Translations under genes and position numbers: made by a program | NCBI GenBank assembly: GCA_964425945.1 | Contig: CAYRPR010000001.1 | Location: forward strand, 1 to 61,241 | Length of the DNA: 61,241 nucleotides | Direction of reading: 5' to 3' | Source of the DNA: an uncultured Verrucomicrobiota bacterium | GTDB lineage: Bacteria > Verrucomicrobiota > Kiritimatiellia > SLAD01 | The notes under the pieces: model-generated | What the model was told of the DNA's origin: nothing | The model's database searches: none | Seen by the model: only the letters and a program-made list of their open reading frames with translations | Shown: piece after piece, positions 1 through 9,813 of the stretch | Layout: every line of letters starts with the position of its first letter | Numbering within the stretch: position 1 is the first letter of the stretch

Positions 1-275
1 GGGACGAGGCGCACCGGTTCGCGCTGACCTATCACCGCAAATTGCGTCTGCGCCGGTTACGCGAATCGTTGCTGGACGAGGTTCCGGGCATCGGCGAAAA
101 GCGCAAGCGGGTGATCCTGTCCCATTTCGGTTCCATCGCGCGCTTGCGCCGCGCGAGTGTGGAAGACATCGCCAAGGTGCCGGGGGTGGGGGACGTCATG
201 GCCCGTTCCATTCACGACGCCCTGCGCCATGCCCGGGCGCGCCGGATCAAGACCGGCGATATCCGGTCGGTGTAA
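1..275 (+). CDS. uvrC: Excinuclease ABC subunit C, C-terminal fragment (5' end lies outside the window)
   Basis: The frame is open from the window edge (DEAHRFALTYHRK...). It is followed by a tandem helix-hairpin-helix, 'VPGIGEKRKRVILSHFGS...IAKVPGVGDVMA', typical of the UvrC C-terminus. Confidence 0.85.
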   Translation, partial: DEAHRFALTYHRKLRLRRLRESLLDEVPGIGEKRKRVILSHFGSIARLRRASVEDIAKVPGVGDVMARSIHDALRHARARRIKTGDIRSV

Positions 276-430
276 TAGTGGGCCCACGAAACACCCGCCT
301 GCCGAAAGTGTTCCTTGAGCACAATGCATCATCGGCGGGCAGGCGCGAAAGTCACGAAAGGGGAGAGCGGGAGATGATGGCCTGGGCACGTTCACCCCTC
401 GAAGCTTGGCGCGCTTCGCGGTCATTGCGG

Positions 431-1024
431 TTAAAGGCGTTTCATCCAGAACTGCATCGGTTTGGGCGATTCGGAGTCTTCATCGAGATCGCGCCATGCG
501 AAGGTGGTCTGCAATCCGGGTTGCGGCTCGAAACCGCGTTTGCGCCAGAAGGCGTCCAGCGGGACGTAATCGGCGGAGCGGCGCGGATGATCGGCCGGGC
601 GAACGACGGCGCAGAACGCGATGTGCGTGAACCGGTCCAGCGATCGCGCGTACCGCTCGCGCTCTTCGATGAAATGTACGCCAAGGCCCCGGCCCCGATA
701 GGATGAGCGCAGAACCGACTCGCCGAAATAGAATATGGTTTCCGGATCGAGCTGGTGTTCCAGGAAAGGACGCTTGAACGCCTCGTTCTCGTCCCGCATC
801 GGCACGCCGGTCGCCACGCCGATCACGGTATCGCCATCACGGGCCACGACGAACACGCTTTCCGGCGACTGGCAATAATTCGTCAGATACTTCCGCTCGT
901 AGGCCATATCGCCGTCGTACAGGTACGGGAATTCGCGGAAGACCTCGATACGCAGACGCGCCAGATCGTCGACATACGGCAGAATGTTGCCGGCGTGTAC
1001 GGTGGTGAGGTTGATGTTGTGCAT
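431..1024 (-). CDS. GNAT-family N-acetyltransferase
   Basis: Acetyl-CoA motif-A-like 'YRGRGLG' in a ~195-aa protein. I chose the internal Met (MHNINL, 1024) as start rather than the ORF-track start at 1114. Confidence 0.7.
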   Translation of the reverse strand: MHNINLTTVHAGNILPYVDDLARLRIEVFREFPYLYDGDMAYERKYLTNYCQSPESVFVVARDGDTVIGVATGVPMRDENEAFKRPFLEHQLDPETIFYFGESVLRSSYRGRGLGVHFIEERERYARSLDRFTHIAFCAVVRPADHPRRSADYVPLDAFWRKRGFEPQPGLQTTFAWRDLDEDSESPKPMQFWMKRL

Positions 1025-1207
1025 GACGGTCCTGGGCTGAACGATTGATAGCTTCTCTGCTTCTCTTGCGCAAGAGGCAAAGTGGCTCATCCGGCGCTGA
1101 TTTTCCCGGCCCACAGCGATTACGATCAGTCGGATGTAGGCCCGGTGTGAATTGAAATCGACGAAGCTTCCGACAAGGCTTGCGACAAGGCATGCGACAA
1201 ATGGACG

Positions 1208-1924
1208 TCATATAGTCGCGAGCGCGCGCAAATGCCGGGCGAGGGTGGAGAGATGGTCGGCGATCAGGGCGCCGTATTCGGTCCAGCTCGGCGTCGAGAC
1301 GGTAACGACCCAGAGGACGATGCCGAGGACGTTGCAGAGATAGATCACGCTGTACGAAAACAGCCGGCCGTGCATCCGAATGTCGGGCTGGTGCAGGGCA
1401 AGGGCGGACAGGGTGAAGGTCAGATGAAAGCCCCAGGTCAGTCCGATCCAGCCCAGCCACAACGGTTCGTAACCCGTCATGTCCACAAAGAACGTCAGGA
1501 CCAGATACAGCAGGACGACGCACAGGGTGTAAAAGGGGCAGAAATAGGGGGCGAGTGTGATCAGGAAATTGTTCTTGGTCAGTTTGACGTGCCCGCCCTT
1601 CTTCGTGACCTTCAGCCCCTTGATCTCGGCGCCGAACATCCATCCCCACAAGGCATGCGTCAGCTCATGCGCGAGCACGTACGCGCGGGCCGGGCGGGGG
1701 AGGCACAGATAAAGCACGATCCACAACAGGAAACCGGCGAAGAGCGCGCGCGTGGAAAGCGGCCAGTCACCCGGCGCGGTGACCGTGCCCATGACCAGTT
1801 GGCCCAGCGCGGCCGTGGCGGACACGCAGACAGGCAGGAGCAACAACCCGATCAGCCATTTCAGTGCCCGCACCGGACCCGCTTCTCCTTCAACAGGCGT
1901 TTTCGGCTCCATGCGCGGATCCAT
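1208..1924 (-). CDS. Polytopic membrane protein with HExxH motif (putative zinc metalloprotease, DUF3267/M50-like)
   Basis: 'HELTHALWG' HExxH motif embedded among several hydrophobic helices. The 5' end overlaps the upstream gene by 64 nt, so the true start is uncertain. Confidence 0.55.
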   Translation of the reverse strand: MDPRMEPKTPVEGEAGPVRALKWLIGLLLLPVCVSATAALGQLVMGTVTAPGDWPLSTRALFAGFLLWIVLYLCLPRPARAYVLAHELTHALWGWMFGAEIKGLKVTKKGGHVKLTKNNFLITLAPYFCPFYTLCVVLLYLVLTFFVDMTGYEPLWLGWIGLTWGFHLTFTLSALALHQPDIRMHGRLFSYSVIYLCNVLGIVLWVVTVSTPSWTEYGALIADHLSTLARHLRALATI

Positions 1925-2742
1925 CGTTCGATGGCCGGATCCATTAGCCAGGGGAACATTGTCGATACGCCGCGCAGGAATTCCAGCCTATCCTCCTCCG
2001 GTATCTTGAACCGGGCCGACGCGTTCAACTGGGTGAGGTTGCGGACGATCATGCGCCGGGTGTACCGGACGTCGAACCGGACACATTCGAGATCGATCCA
2101 GTAGAAGATCCGTCGCGCGTCATCCTCCGGATGCTCGACGAGCAGGTTGGCGACCTTCGTGTCGGCGTGATAGACGCCGTTGCGGTACAGGTTCATCACG
2201 CTCTCGATCAGGGCCGATCGGAAGGACTGGCGGACCGGTTCATCCATGCGCATGTATCGGGACTTGATCCATTCGCGGACGGATACGGCATCGCCCATGA
2301 ATTGGGTAATGATGTAATTGCGCACGGGGAAACCGCGCTCGCGAATTTCGAGATAGCCGAGTGGTTCGGGGGTGGGGATGCCGAGGCCTTGGAGCGCGCG
2401 GGCGGCGGCCCAGGCGCGGCGCGCGCGGGAAGGCCGGTGCAGGTATTTCAGCCGGGCCAGCCAGGACGTCAGGTCGTATCGCTTCAGCAGGACGTCGTGT
2501 CCGCACAGGTTGGCCCGCAGGACGAGGGTGTGGCGGTTCGACTTGATCCGGCTGACGGGCCGGGCTTCGGCCTCCTCGATTTGGCGCAGGAGCTGGTCCG
2601 GCGTCATGGACGGATCGGGCGTCCATCGCCCGCGCAGGGGGAGTCGCCGGCTGTCCGGATCGCCGAGTTCGTCCCGGTACAGGCGGCCGGCGCGGGCGGT
2701 TTCGATTTGACGGGTATCATGCATGCAGGGGGCTCGCCGCAA
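1861..2742 (-). CDS. Lipopolysaccharide kinase (Kdo/WaaP/InaA) family protein
   Basis: Kinase catalytic-loop-like 'GVYHADTKVANLLV', 'FYWIDLECV', and 'VLLKRY' with an ATP-binding Lys. Confidence 0.7.
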   Translation of the reverse strand: MRRAPCMHDTRQIETARAGRLYRDELGDPDSRRLPLRGRWTPDPSMTPDQLLRQIEEAEARPVSRIKSNRHTLVLRANLCGHDVLLKRYDLTSWLARLKYLHRPSRARRAWAAARALQGLGIPTPEPLGYLEIRERGFPVRNYIITQFMGDAVSVREWIKSRYMRMDEPVRQSFRSALIESVMNLYRNGVYHADTKVANLLVEHPEDDARRIFYWIDLECVRFDVRYTRRMIVRNLTQLNASARFKIPEEDRLEFLRGVSTMFPWLMDPAIERWIRAWSRKRLLKEKRVRCGH

Positions 2743-2771
2743 CGGACGTCATGAAAATTCGATAGATTCGG

Positions 2772-2799
2772 TTGACAATCATGCCTTCGTAACTACTAT
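2772..2799 (+). promoter_or_regulatory. Possible sigma70-type promoter for rpsT
   Basis: TTGACA (2772-2777), 16-nt spacer, TACTAT (2794-2799). A GGAG-rich RBS sits just before the ATG at 2876. Confidence 0.35.
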
Positions 2800-2875
2800 T
2801 ACCGCACTTTTCCCGGAGAAATTCAATCATTACAGAATGGGGCCGCGGAATCGGTCCGGTCAGAGGAGAGGGTAG

Positions 2876-3139
2876 ATGCCGAATATCAAGAGTGCGAAGA
2901 AGCGATTGCGCCAGTCGATTGTGGCGCGCGAACGGAACAAGCCGGTGCGCAGCCGGGTCAAGAATATGCGTCGCAAATTCTTCGAGGCCGTACTGGCGGC
3001 CGACAAGAAAATCGCCACGGACGTGTACCGGGAATACTGCTCCACGCTCGACAAGGCCGCGAAGGCCAACGTTATTCACAAGAACAGCGCGATCCGCCGG
3101 AAGGCGCGCGCGGCGAATAAGCTCCGCGCGATGGCGTAA
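2876..3139 (+). CDS. rpsT: 30S ribosomal protein S20
   Basis: 'MPNIKSAKKRLRQS...' is the canonical S20 N-terminus; 87 aa, basic. Confidence 0.95.
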   Translation: MPNIKSAKKRLRQSIVARERNKPVRSRVKNMRRKFFEAVLAADKKIATDVYREYCSTLDKAAKANVIHKNSAIRRKARAANKLRAMA

Positions 3140-3263
3140 AGCCGAGAGCGGCTGGCGCCGATTTCACCCACCCCCGTCCCCTTCCGCCTTCGCTCCGCTT
3201 CGGCGCGACAGGCCGAGGAGGGGAGGTCTTTGGTTGATCTTATTCCGGTTCGACTCAGCGGCA

Positions 3264-3294
3264 GGAGTGCGGCGGCAACGGAGTGCCGCCCTCC
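3264..3294. terminator. GC-rich hairpin between convergent rpsT and the lptE-like gene
   Basis: ggag-tgc-ggcggc / loop aacggagt / gccgcc-ctcc. There is no U-tract, so its function is uncertain. Confidence 0.25.
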
Positions 3295-3315
3295 GGAGCG
3301 AGAAGAATGAGAGGG

Positions 3316-3837
3316 TTACCAGACCTCGACCATCTGCGTGACGATCTGGTGAGCCAGATCGCGCGCGGCGCGCGGAATGGCCGATTGCTTGGCGGAGGTC
3401 ATATCGCCGGACAGGATGAAGGTCGCGTTGCCGTACACGCCGGGATGTTCCGCCACGACTTCGCCGGAGGTCCGCCGCGTCAGCAACAGGCTGGCGGTAA
3501 TGGTGAGGCGATATTCCTCGGCTGCGGCGCGCCGCGACCGGTCAAACGCGAGGGGATCCAACGTCATGGTCAGGATTCGCACCTCGAGGATGGTATCGGC
3601 GACATCCTCGGCCGCGAGCCGGAGCGACCCTTCGCGCTGGACTTCCTGAATGGTGGCCCGCGTGACGTCGACTTCCAGCAGGGGTTCGTCGGTCTCATTA
3701 ATAAAGGTGGGTACATACACGGTCTGGATATCCGGCGGCAGGGTGGAACCGAGCTTGTAACCTACGCAACCGGTCCACGCGCCCAGGATCAGTACGCCGG
3801 CCAGCGATCCGCTCAGGATTTTCATGCAGTTCTTCAT
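3316..3837 (-). CDS. LptE-like LPS-assembly lipoprotein
   Basis: Signal peptide ending '...GAWTGC', then 'YKLGSTLPPDIQTVYVPTFINET', which resembles the LptE N-terminal strand pattern. About 170 aa. Confidence 0.55.
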   Translation of the reverse strand: MKNCMKILSGSLAGVLILGAWTGCVGYKLGSTLPPDIQTVYVPTFINETDEPLLEVDVTRATIQEVQREGSLRLAAEDVADTILEVRILTMTLDPLAFDRSRRAAAEEYRLTITASLLLTRRTSGEVVAEHPGVYGNATFILSGDMTSAKQSAIPRAARDLAHQIVTQMVEVW

Positions 3838-4841
3838 GGGGTCGACTCCACTTTCTCGCGCAGAAACGCGATCCGTCTGTTTGCCTTTTCAACATGATCC
3901 GATTGGGGAAAACGTTCAACAAATAACTCGTACAGGGTCAGGGCCGCCTGGGGTTCGCGGGCGATCCGGTCGTAATAACGCGCCTTGCCATAGGCGAGTT
4001 CAGCCCGGCGCTTCTGAAGGGTCTCCAGATACCCGGATACGGGGCCGATATGCTCCGATTGGGGATACACCTGGCGGAAGATGGAGGCCGAGACGATCGC
4101 ATCCTCGATCAGATTGACGTCATTGGGACTTTCCTGGGCGAGCAGGTACAGGCATCGCGCCCGCCCGAACGCGCCCTTTTCGGACCAGGGACTGCGCGGA
4201 TAGCGCGATTCCAGCGTCGCGTACGCGTGTACGGCGAGTTCGTACTGGTCGGTCAGCTCATAGGCCTGCCCGATATAAAATTGCGCTTCCGCCGATTTCT
4301 CCCAGCGCGGGCCGTGCCGGACGATGGATTCGAAATGCGGGATGGCCCGCTCCGGCGCTTTGAAGCCGGGAAAGAACAGGAACCGGCCCTTGCGTTCGGT
4401 CATCATGCGGTACGCGATATCGAACTGGCGCGCGAGGATGTCCGCGTGCGGGAACTGGCCGGGATATTTATCGAACAGCACCTCGTATTGTTCAAAGGCG
4501 CGGATGTACTTGCCTCGTTCGGCGAGCAGTTCGGCGTAGGCGAGCTGGGCTTTCGGGGCTTCGGGTGTGCTGGGCCAGTACCGGACGAGGGCGCGAAACT
4601 GACGGCGCGCGCCGCGGCGGCGGCCCTGTTCGCGCAGTTTCTCCGCATGGGCGAGCTGGGCCTCGGGCGTGGATTGGGCGGGACGAAGCAGACGGAAGAA
4701 GCGCCGCTCGCGGTCGGCCTCTTCATACGGGCGTTTCGCCTCGGCGACGCCGGCGCAAACGCCAACGAGCGTGACGAGGATCAGGATGAAAAACAAGCGA
4801 TACGTACCGGTTTGCATGCTGGCAGACATTAGATTTGGCAA
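3834..4841 (-). CDS. BamD/YfiO-like TPR outer-membrane assembly lipoprotein
   Basis: N-terminal signal peptide, then TPR-like helical repeats with the typical 'YPxSxxxxxAxxxxxxxY' periodicity. Confidence 0.55.
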   Translation of the reverse strand: MPNLMSASMQTGTYRLFFILILVTLVGVCAGVAEAKRPYEEADRERRFFRLLRPAQSTPEAQLAHAEKLREQGRRRGARRQFRALVRYWPSTPEAPKAQLAYAELLAERGKYIRAFEQYEVLFDKYPGQFPHADILARQFDIAYRMMTERKGRFLFFPGFKAPERAIPHFESIVRHGPRWEKSAEAQFYIGQAYELTDQYELAVHAYATLESRYPRSPWSEKGAFGRARCLYLLAQESPNDVNLIEDAIVSASIFRQVYPQSEHIGPVSGYLETLQKRRAELAYGKARYYDRIAREPQAALTLYELFVERFPQSDHVEKANRRIAFLREKVESTP

Positions 4842-5107
4842 GGCACCGGGTCAAGTGGGAAAGGGGAGAGAGTGACAGGGGGCAGGTGGCAAGAGACTAC
4901 AACCTATCTCAAGATAGTATCCGGCTCGGACGGACTTCGGTGAGTTCAACCGAGGCCTCGCCCTACCTTGAATATATTCGAATCATCGACTGATGGTAGG
5001 GCGAACCCTCCGGGTGAGCCGATACTGATATAGATTCTCGTGACGGATGGCGGTTGGGATTTATACCTTGATTACGCCCGTATCGCTTATTAGTCTGCAC
5101 GGCCATC

Positions 5108-6685
5108 ATGAAGAAGGTGCTTATTCCGACCAAATTGGAGTCGATCGCGCGCGACATCCTGGAACGCCACGGCGGCTACACCGTTGTGCAGGATAACCAG
5201 ACGGCGTTGTCCGAACTCATCGCGCAGCACGCCGACGCCTATGCGTTGATTGTCCGCAGCGAGAAGATTACGGCGGAGATCATGGACGCCCTGCCGGGTC
5301 TGCGCGTCATCATCCGGGCCGGGGCGGGCTTCAACACGATCGACACCAAATACGCCCGCCGGAAGAATATCGACGTCATGAACACGCCGGGCGCGAACGC
5401 GAACGCCGTGGCCGAGGAGGTTGTGGCGTTGATGCTGGCTGATGCCCGGCACCTGATCGCCGCCGATCCGTCCTGCCGGTCGGGCGCGTGGGAAAAGAGC
5501 CGGTTCATGGGCCGGGAAATCACCGGCAAGACCATCGGCATCGTGGGCCTCGGAGCGATCGGCCAGCAGTTGATCCGCCGCCTGCGCGGATTCGAGATGC
5601 GCATGATCGGATACGATCCGGTCATGTCGAAGGATCGCGCGCGCGATTTGGACATTGAACTGGTCGACCTGCCGCACCTCTTTGAGTCCAGCGACTATAT
5701 CTCCCTGCACATCCCGGAAAACGAACAGACGCGCGGCCTGGTCAACGCGGAGTTGCTGGGCCTGATGAAACCGGGCGCGACGCTGATCAACACCGCGCGG
5801 GCGGGCATCGTCAACGAGGTCGATCTGCGTTCGATCAAGGCGTCCCGGGCGATCCGTTACCTGAACGACGTGTATCCGAAGGATGAGGCGGGCCCGAAGA
5901 GCATCGCGGATGTGGCCGACATCGCCGTTCCGCATCTCGGCGCGAGCACCTTGGAGGCGAACAGCAACGCCGCGCGTCGCGCCGCCGAAGAACTGATCGA
6001 GTACGATGAGCGGGGCATCACCACGTTCGTGGTCAATCGCGACATCCCGGCGGGTCTGGACGAAGCCTATGGCGAACTGGCCTACACACTGACGCGGCTG
6101 TGCCGCCAGGTGGTCGGGGTCGATACGCCGCTCAAGCTGATCGAGACGAGTTTCTACGGCACGCTGAAACCCTACGCGCGCTGGCTGGTCCTGCCGATGA
6201 TGGCGGCGTTGAACAAGAATTTCGATCGTACGATGGATTTCGCCGCCGCCCTGCAGTACCTCAAGGAGATGGGGATCGAGTACCAGGACCGCGAGACGGA
6301 TGAGCGGAAGGGATACGAGAACTCGATCACGATCGATATGACGGCGAATCTCTCCGGCGACCGCCTGCAAGGCGCCAGCGTGCGCGGCACGGTGACCGAG
6401 GGGAACATTATGATTTCGCGGATCAACGATTTCGACAAGCTGTACTTTGAGCCGCGCGGGCACACGGTGCTGTTTACGTACCGAGACCGGCCGGGCGTGC
6501 TGGGCCGCATCGCCGCCTCGCTCGCGGACGCGGGGATTAACATCGACGACGTGCGCAATCCGCACAATTCGAAGGGTACCGAATCGCTCGCCCTGCTCAA
6601 GATCGGCAGTGCCGTGCCGTCGGGTCTGGTCCGCCAAATCGCCGGCGAGATCGAAGCCTATACCGCCTGCTATATCGAATTCTGA
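5108..6685 (+). CDS. serA: D-3-phosphoglycerate dehydrogenase with C-terminal ACT domain
   Basis: NAD-binding 'GIVGLGAIGQ', 2-hydroxyacid dehydrogenase core. The C-terminal segment 'FTYRDRPGVLGRIAASLADAGINI' is ACT-like. Confidence 0.95.
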   Translation: MKKVLIPTKLESIARDILERHGGYTVVQDNQTALSELIAQHADAYALIVRSEKITAEIMDALPGLRVIIRAGAGFNTIDTKYARRKNIDVMNTPGANANAVAEEVVALMLADARHLIAADPSCRSGAWEKSRFMGREITGKTIGIVGLGAIGQQLIRRLRGFEMRMIGYDPVMSKDRARDLDIELVDLPHLFESSDYISLHIPENEQTRGLVNAELLGLMKPGATLINTARAGIVNEVDLRSIKASRAIRYLNDVYPKDEAGPKSIADVADIAVPHLGASTLEANSNAARRAAEELIEYDERGITTFVVNRDIPAGLDEAYGELAYTLTRLCRQVVGVDTPLKLIETSFYGTLKPYARWLVLPMMAALNKNFDRTMDFAAALQYLKEMGIEYQDRETDERKGYENSITIDMTANLSGDRLQGASVRGTVTEGNIMISRINDFDKLYFEPRGHTVLFTYRDRPGVLGRIAASLADAGINIDDVRNPHNSKGTESLALLKIGSAVPSGLVRQIAGEIEAYTACYIEF

Positions 6686-6856
6686 TCCGCCGGCGTAGCA
6701 GACGGTCGCGGCGCTGAGGCCGCTCCCTCATTAGCTCTCACCGGGATCGGGCTGTCATTTTTCGAACGGGAACGGTTCCTGTCTGTCCAATTCCGATGCC
6801 GGGCGGAACGTGCGATTCGTCCTCCATCATTGAAATCCACGGCGCGGCGAGGACGC

Positions 6857-6885
6857 TTGACGCATCCTGCGCCATTGTCTATCTT
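6857..6885 (+). promoter_or_regulatory. Possible promoter of the TPR/exbBD operon
   Basis: TTGACG (6857-6862), 17-nt spacer, TATCTT (6880-6885), about 60 nt upstream of the ATG at 6947. Confidence 0.25.
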
Positions 6886-6946
6886 TCCGTAATGGACGTA
6901 TGTTGCGTTCTCACGTAAGCACAGGCCAACAACCACACGTGGAGCT

Positions 6947-9781
6947 ATGTCGAACGTAAAACAGCAGTCGCCTTTCGTCGGTCGAAGCCTATGCTTCGGA
7001 ATCATACTCGGCAGTCTTCTCCTTTTTAATCCTGCCGCACGCGCCGCCATACAGAATGTCGATGAGGAATTCCAGTTCGCTTCCGGCCTGATCGAGTTGG
7101 GTTTTCCCGATTTTGCCACGCGCGTGGTGGACGAAATCGTCAAACAGCATCCGAACCAGGCCGAGCGCGCCAACATCGTGCGCGCGGAAATATTCGTCGC
7201 GCGCCGCGAATTCGACAAGGCGCGGGAAATGGTCGCGAAACTCCAACCGACCGACCCGAAGGCGCAGGCGATCAACCTCGCGATCGCGCGCGGCTATTTT
7301 GCGATTGGCGACCAGGAACAGGCCAAGACGATCTACGAGGCCTTCTTCAACCAGTACAAGGACCGCATTCCGACTGATGCCGATCTGCTGAAGTTCTATC
7401 AGAACGCCGCGTTCCAGTACGCGCAGATTCTCGAACGGCTGGGCGACGGCGAGGGCGCGGCGGCGTCGTACAAGCGCGTACTGGCGACGCCGATGGACGA
7501 TGCGCAGGCCCGGCGGCGCTTGATGAACGATTTGTCGGAACTGTACCTGCGCCTCGGACGGGCCGCGGAGGGCGGCAAGCGCGAGGAGTTCCTCAAACAG
7601 TCCCGCGAACTGGCGGATCAGCTTTTGTGGGGCGGTTATGATTTGTGGTGGGGCAACGCCATCGGCACCATGGCGCATGTGGAGTTGGCGCGCAACAACG
7701 AGTCGGGCGCGCGGGAATTGTTGACCACGTACATGAAGGACCTGAACCAGATTGACAAGCTGTTGGCGGACCAGGGGTTCCCGTCGTCGATCAGTCCGCT
7801 GGCCAGCGCGCGCTTTCTGCTCGGCGAACTGTACGAGAAACAGGGGCGCGCGATGATCGCGCAGAACAAACCGCAATCGGAATTCATCCCGATTCTGGGT
7901 AACGCCATCAGGGAGTACTTCAATGTCTTCTCCAAGTACGGCGACAGCGAGTGGGGGCCGGAAGCCGGCAACAAGGGACGCGCGCTGATCGCCTTGCTCG
8001 AAGGCATGGGGCGGAAAGTGAATGTCGAATTTCCCCAGCCGGAACTTCTGGAAAAAGCCATCGGCGCCCAGTTCCGATTGGCCGAGGATGCGTTCCGCCA
8101 GAAGGATTGGAAGAAGGCGGCTGAAGAATACCTCCGCATCCTGAATATCTATCCCGAAGCCGAAGAGTCCCGGCGGGGGCTGGCGAATGTCATGGTTGCC
8201 TACGTTCAGATGGACGACCCGCTGTACGTCAAGATGCTGGCGCACTATTTCGGCGAGCGGTTCCCCGACAACGAATTCCTGGGGAACGCCGTGTTGATCG
8301 CGGGAAACAGCTATCGCCAGCGCGAGAAGCCGGACCTGTCGCGCGAGCTGTACGATTTCTTCCTCGATCATTTCAAGACGCACCCGCGCGCGCCGGCCGT
8401 GCTGTACGATATCGGGCGTATGAGGGAGCGCGCGGGCGACCGCATTGCGGCCAATCAGTATTTCCGGCGATTGGTGGACGCCTACCCGAAGGATCGCTAT
8501 GCCCTGCACGCGCTGTTCCAGATCGCGTGGGGCGATTACCAGGTGGAGAATTACGAAGAGGCCATCAAGACCTTCCAGGAGTATGTCCGGGTCGCGCCGA
8601 ACGGGACCGAAAAGGCCCGCGCGCAGTTCCTGCTGGCCGACGCCTATCAGCGCATGCCGGATTATCTCGAGGCGATCAAGGCCTATGACCAGCTCGTCAA
8701 GTGGCTGGAACCCTCCAACTCGCCGTTCAATGCGCGGCCGGACGACGTGCCGAAGAACCGGGATCTGCTCGAGAAGGCGCGTTTCTTCCTGGCCTATTGT
8801 TATGGCCGGATCACGGAACCGCCCGCGGCCGTGGCGGAGGCGCAGAACCGGGCGGTGCAGAACTACGATCGCTTCCTGGAATTGCACAAGAGTTCGGATC
8901 TGGCGCCCAAGGCGATGCGGGACAAGGGCCGCATCCAACTGGCCCAGGGCAAGTCGGCGGACGCCGCCCGGACGTTCGAGGATCTGGCGAAGGATTACCC
9001 GCAATCGGAGGAGGGGCGCAGCGCGCTCTTCGCCCTGGTAAGCTCGGCCATCGAGATCGGCCAACTCGATATCGCGCGCGACGCGTTCCAGCGCATGATG
9101 ACCCAGCCGGACGCGTACGGGCCGGATGAGTTCGCGCGAATCGGGCGGCTGATGCTCGAAGCCGGCCTGTATGCGGAGGTGATACCGGCTTATCAGAAGG
9201 TCGTGGCCAGCAGTCAGGACCGGAATATGCTGCAGTTGGCCCTCTCCGGCCTCGGCCAGGCCTATCATCAACAGCAGAATCACGACGAGGCCATCAAGGT
9301 CCTCGAGGATCTGCTGGAGCGTTTCCCCGCGACGGCCTTCATGTTCGACGCGCGTTTCATTCTCAACGACGCCTACCGCCAGAAGGGGCGGTTCGACGAT
9401 GCCATCACCGCGTTGAACGACATCCTGCGTCTCGAGCAGAAAGACAATATCCGTATTCAGACCGCGCAGTTCGAGTTGGGCGTCACCCAGAAGATGATGG
9501 GCGAGAAGACCCGGGCCTTGGCGACGTTTCAGCGTATCGCCCTGTTGCAGGACCCATCCAACACCCGGTTACGTCCCATCATCGAGCGCAGTATCATGGA
9601 GAGCATGTATCTGAGCATGGAGCTGGAGCTGTATGGGGACATCGACGAAATAGCGGATCAATACCTGAACGCGTTTCCGCAGGGATCGCACGTCGAGGAA
9701 GTGCGCCGGATTCGCGCCGACGCGCGTCTGAAGGCCGTGCAACCGGCGGCGCCCGTTCCGGCCGGGGGAGCCGCGCCCTAA
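6947..9781 (+). CDS. Large exported TPR-repeat protein
   Basis: Signal peptide, then more than 20 TPR-like helical hairpins along 944 aa. Confidence 0.8.
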   Translation: MSNVKQQSPFVGRSLCFGIILGSLLLFNPAARAAIQNVDEEFQFASGLIELGFPDFATRVVDEIVKQHPNQAERANIVRAEIFVARREFDKAREMVAKLQPTDPKAQAINLAIARGYFAIGDQEQAKTIYEAFFNQYKDRIPTDADLLKFYQNAAFQYAQILERLGDGEGAAASYKRVLATPMDDAQARRRLMNDLSELYLRLGRAAEGGKREEFLKQSRELADQLLWGGYDLWWGNAIGTMAHVELARNNESGARELLTTYMKDLNQIDKLLADQGFPSSISPLASARFLLGELYEKQGRAMIAQNKPQSEFIPILGNAIREYFNVFSKYGDSEWGPEAGNKGRALIALLEGMGRKVNVEFPQPELLEKAIGAQFRLAEDAFRQKDWKKAAEEYLRILNIYPEAEESRRGLANVMVAYVQMDDPLYVKMLAHYFGERFPDNEFLGNAVLIAGNSYRQREKPDLSRELYDFFLDHFKTHPRAPAVLYDIGRMRERAGDRIAANQYFRRLVDAYPKDRYALHALFQIAWGDYQVENYEEAIKTFQEYVRVAPNGTEKARAQFLLADAYQRMPDYLEAIKAYDQLVKWLEPSNSPFNARPDDVPKNRDLLEKARFFLAYCYGRITEPPAAVAEAQNRAVQNYDRFLELHKSSDLAPKAMRDKGRIQLAQGKSADAARTFEDLAKDYPQSEEGRSALFALVSSAIEIGQLDIARDAFQRMMTQPDAYGPDEFARIGRLMLEAGLYAEVIPAYQKVVASSQDRNMLQLALSGLGQAYHQQQNHDEAIKVLEDLLERFPATAFMFDARFILNDAYRQKGRFDDAITALNDILRLEQKDNIRIQTAQFELGVTQKMMGEKTRALATFQRIALLQDPSNTRLRPIIERSIMESMYLSMELELYGDIDEIADQYLNAFPQGSHVEEVRRIRADARLKAVQPAAPVPAGGAAP

Positions 9782-9813
9782 CCATTTAACGTGAAAATGA
9801 AAGGTACTGTGTC

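Noticed and set aside
1861-1924. A 64-nt overlap between the LPS-kinase-like gene's 3' end and the HExxH membrane protein's 5' end, as a possible programmed overlap.
   Set aside because: This is more likely an over-extended start call. Internal Met codons (for example at 1912 or further downstream) would shorten or remove the overlap.
5090-6637. Very long antisense ORFs opposite clear genes: 5090-6637, 6989-9283, 11385-12569, 27863-29254, 29924-31045, 31214-32764, 41036-42157, 42326-43876, 47286-48920, 50850-52181.
   Set aside because: Their translations are Arg/His/Pro/Gly-rich and low in complexity, with no motifs. They lie opposite genes with unmistakable signatures (serA, the TPR protein, exbD, the giants, ftsH, cdaA/cdaR). 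Such shadow ORFs are expected in GC-rich DNA.
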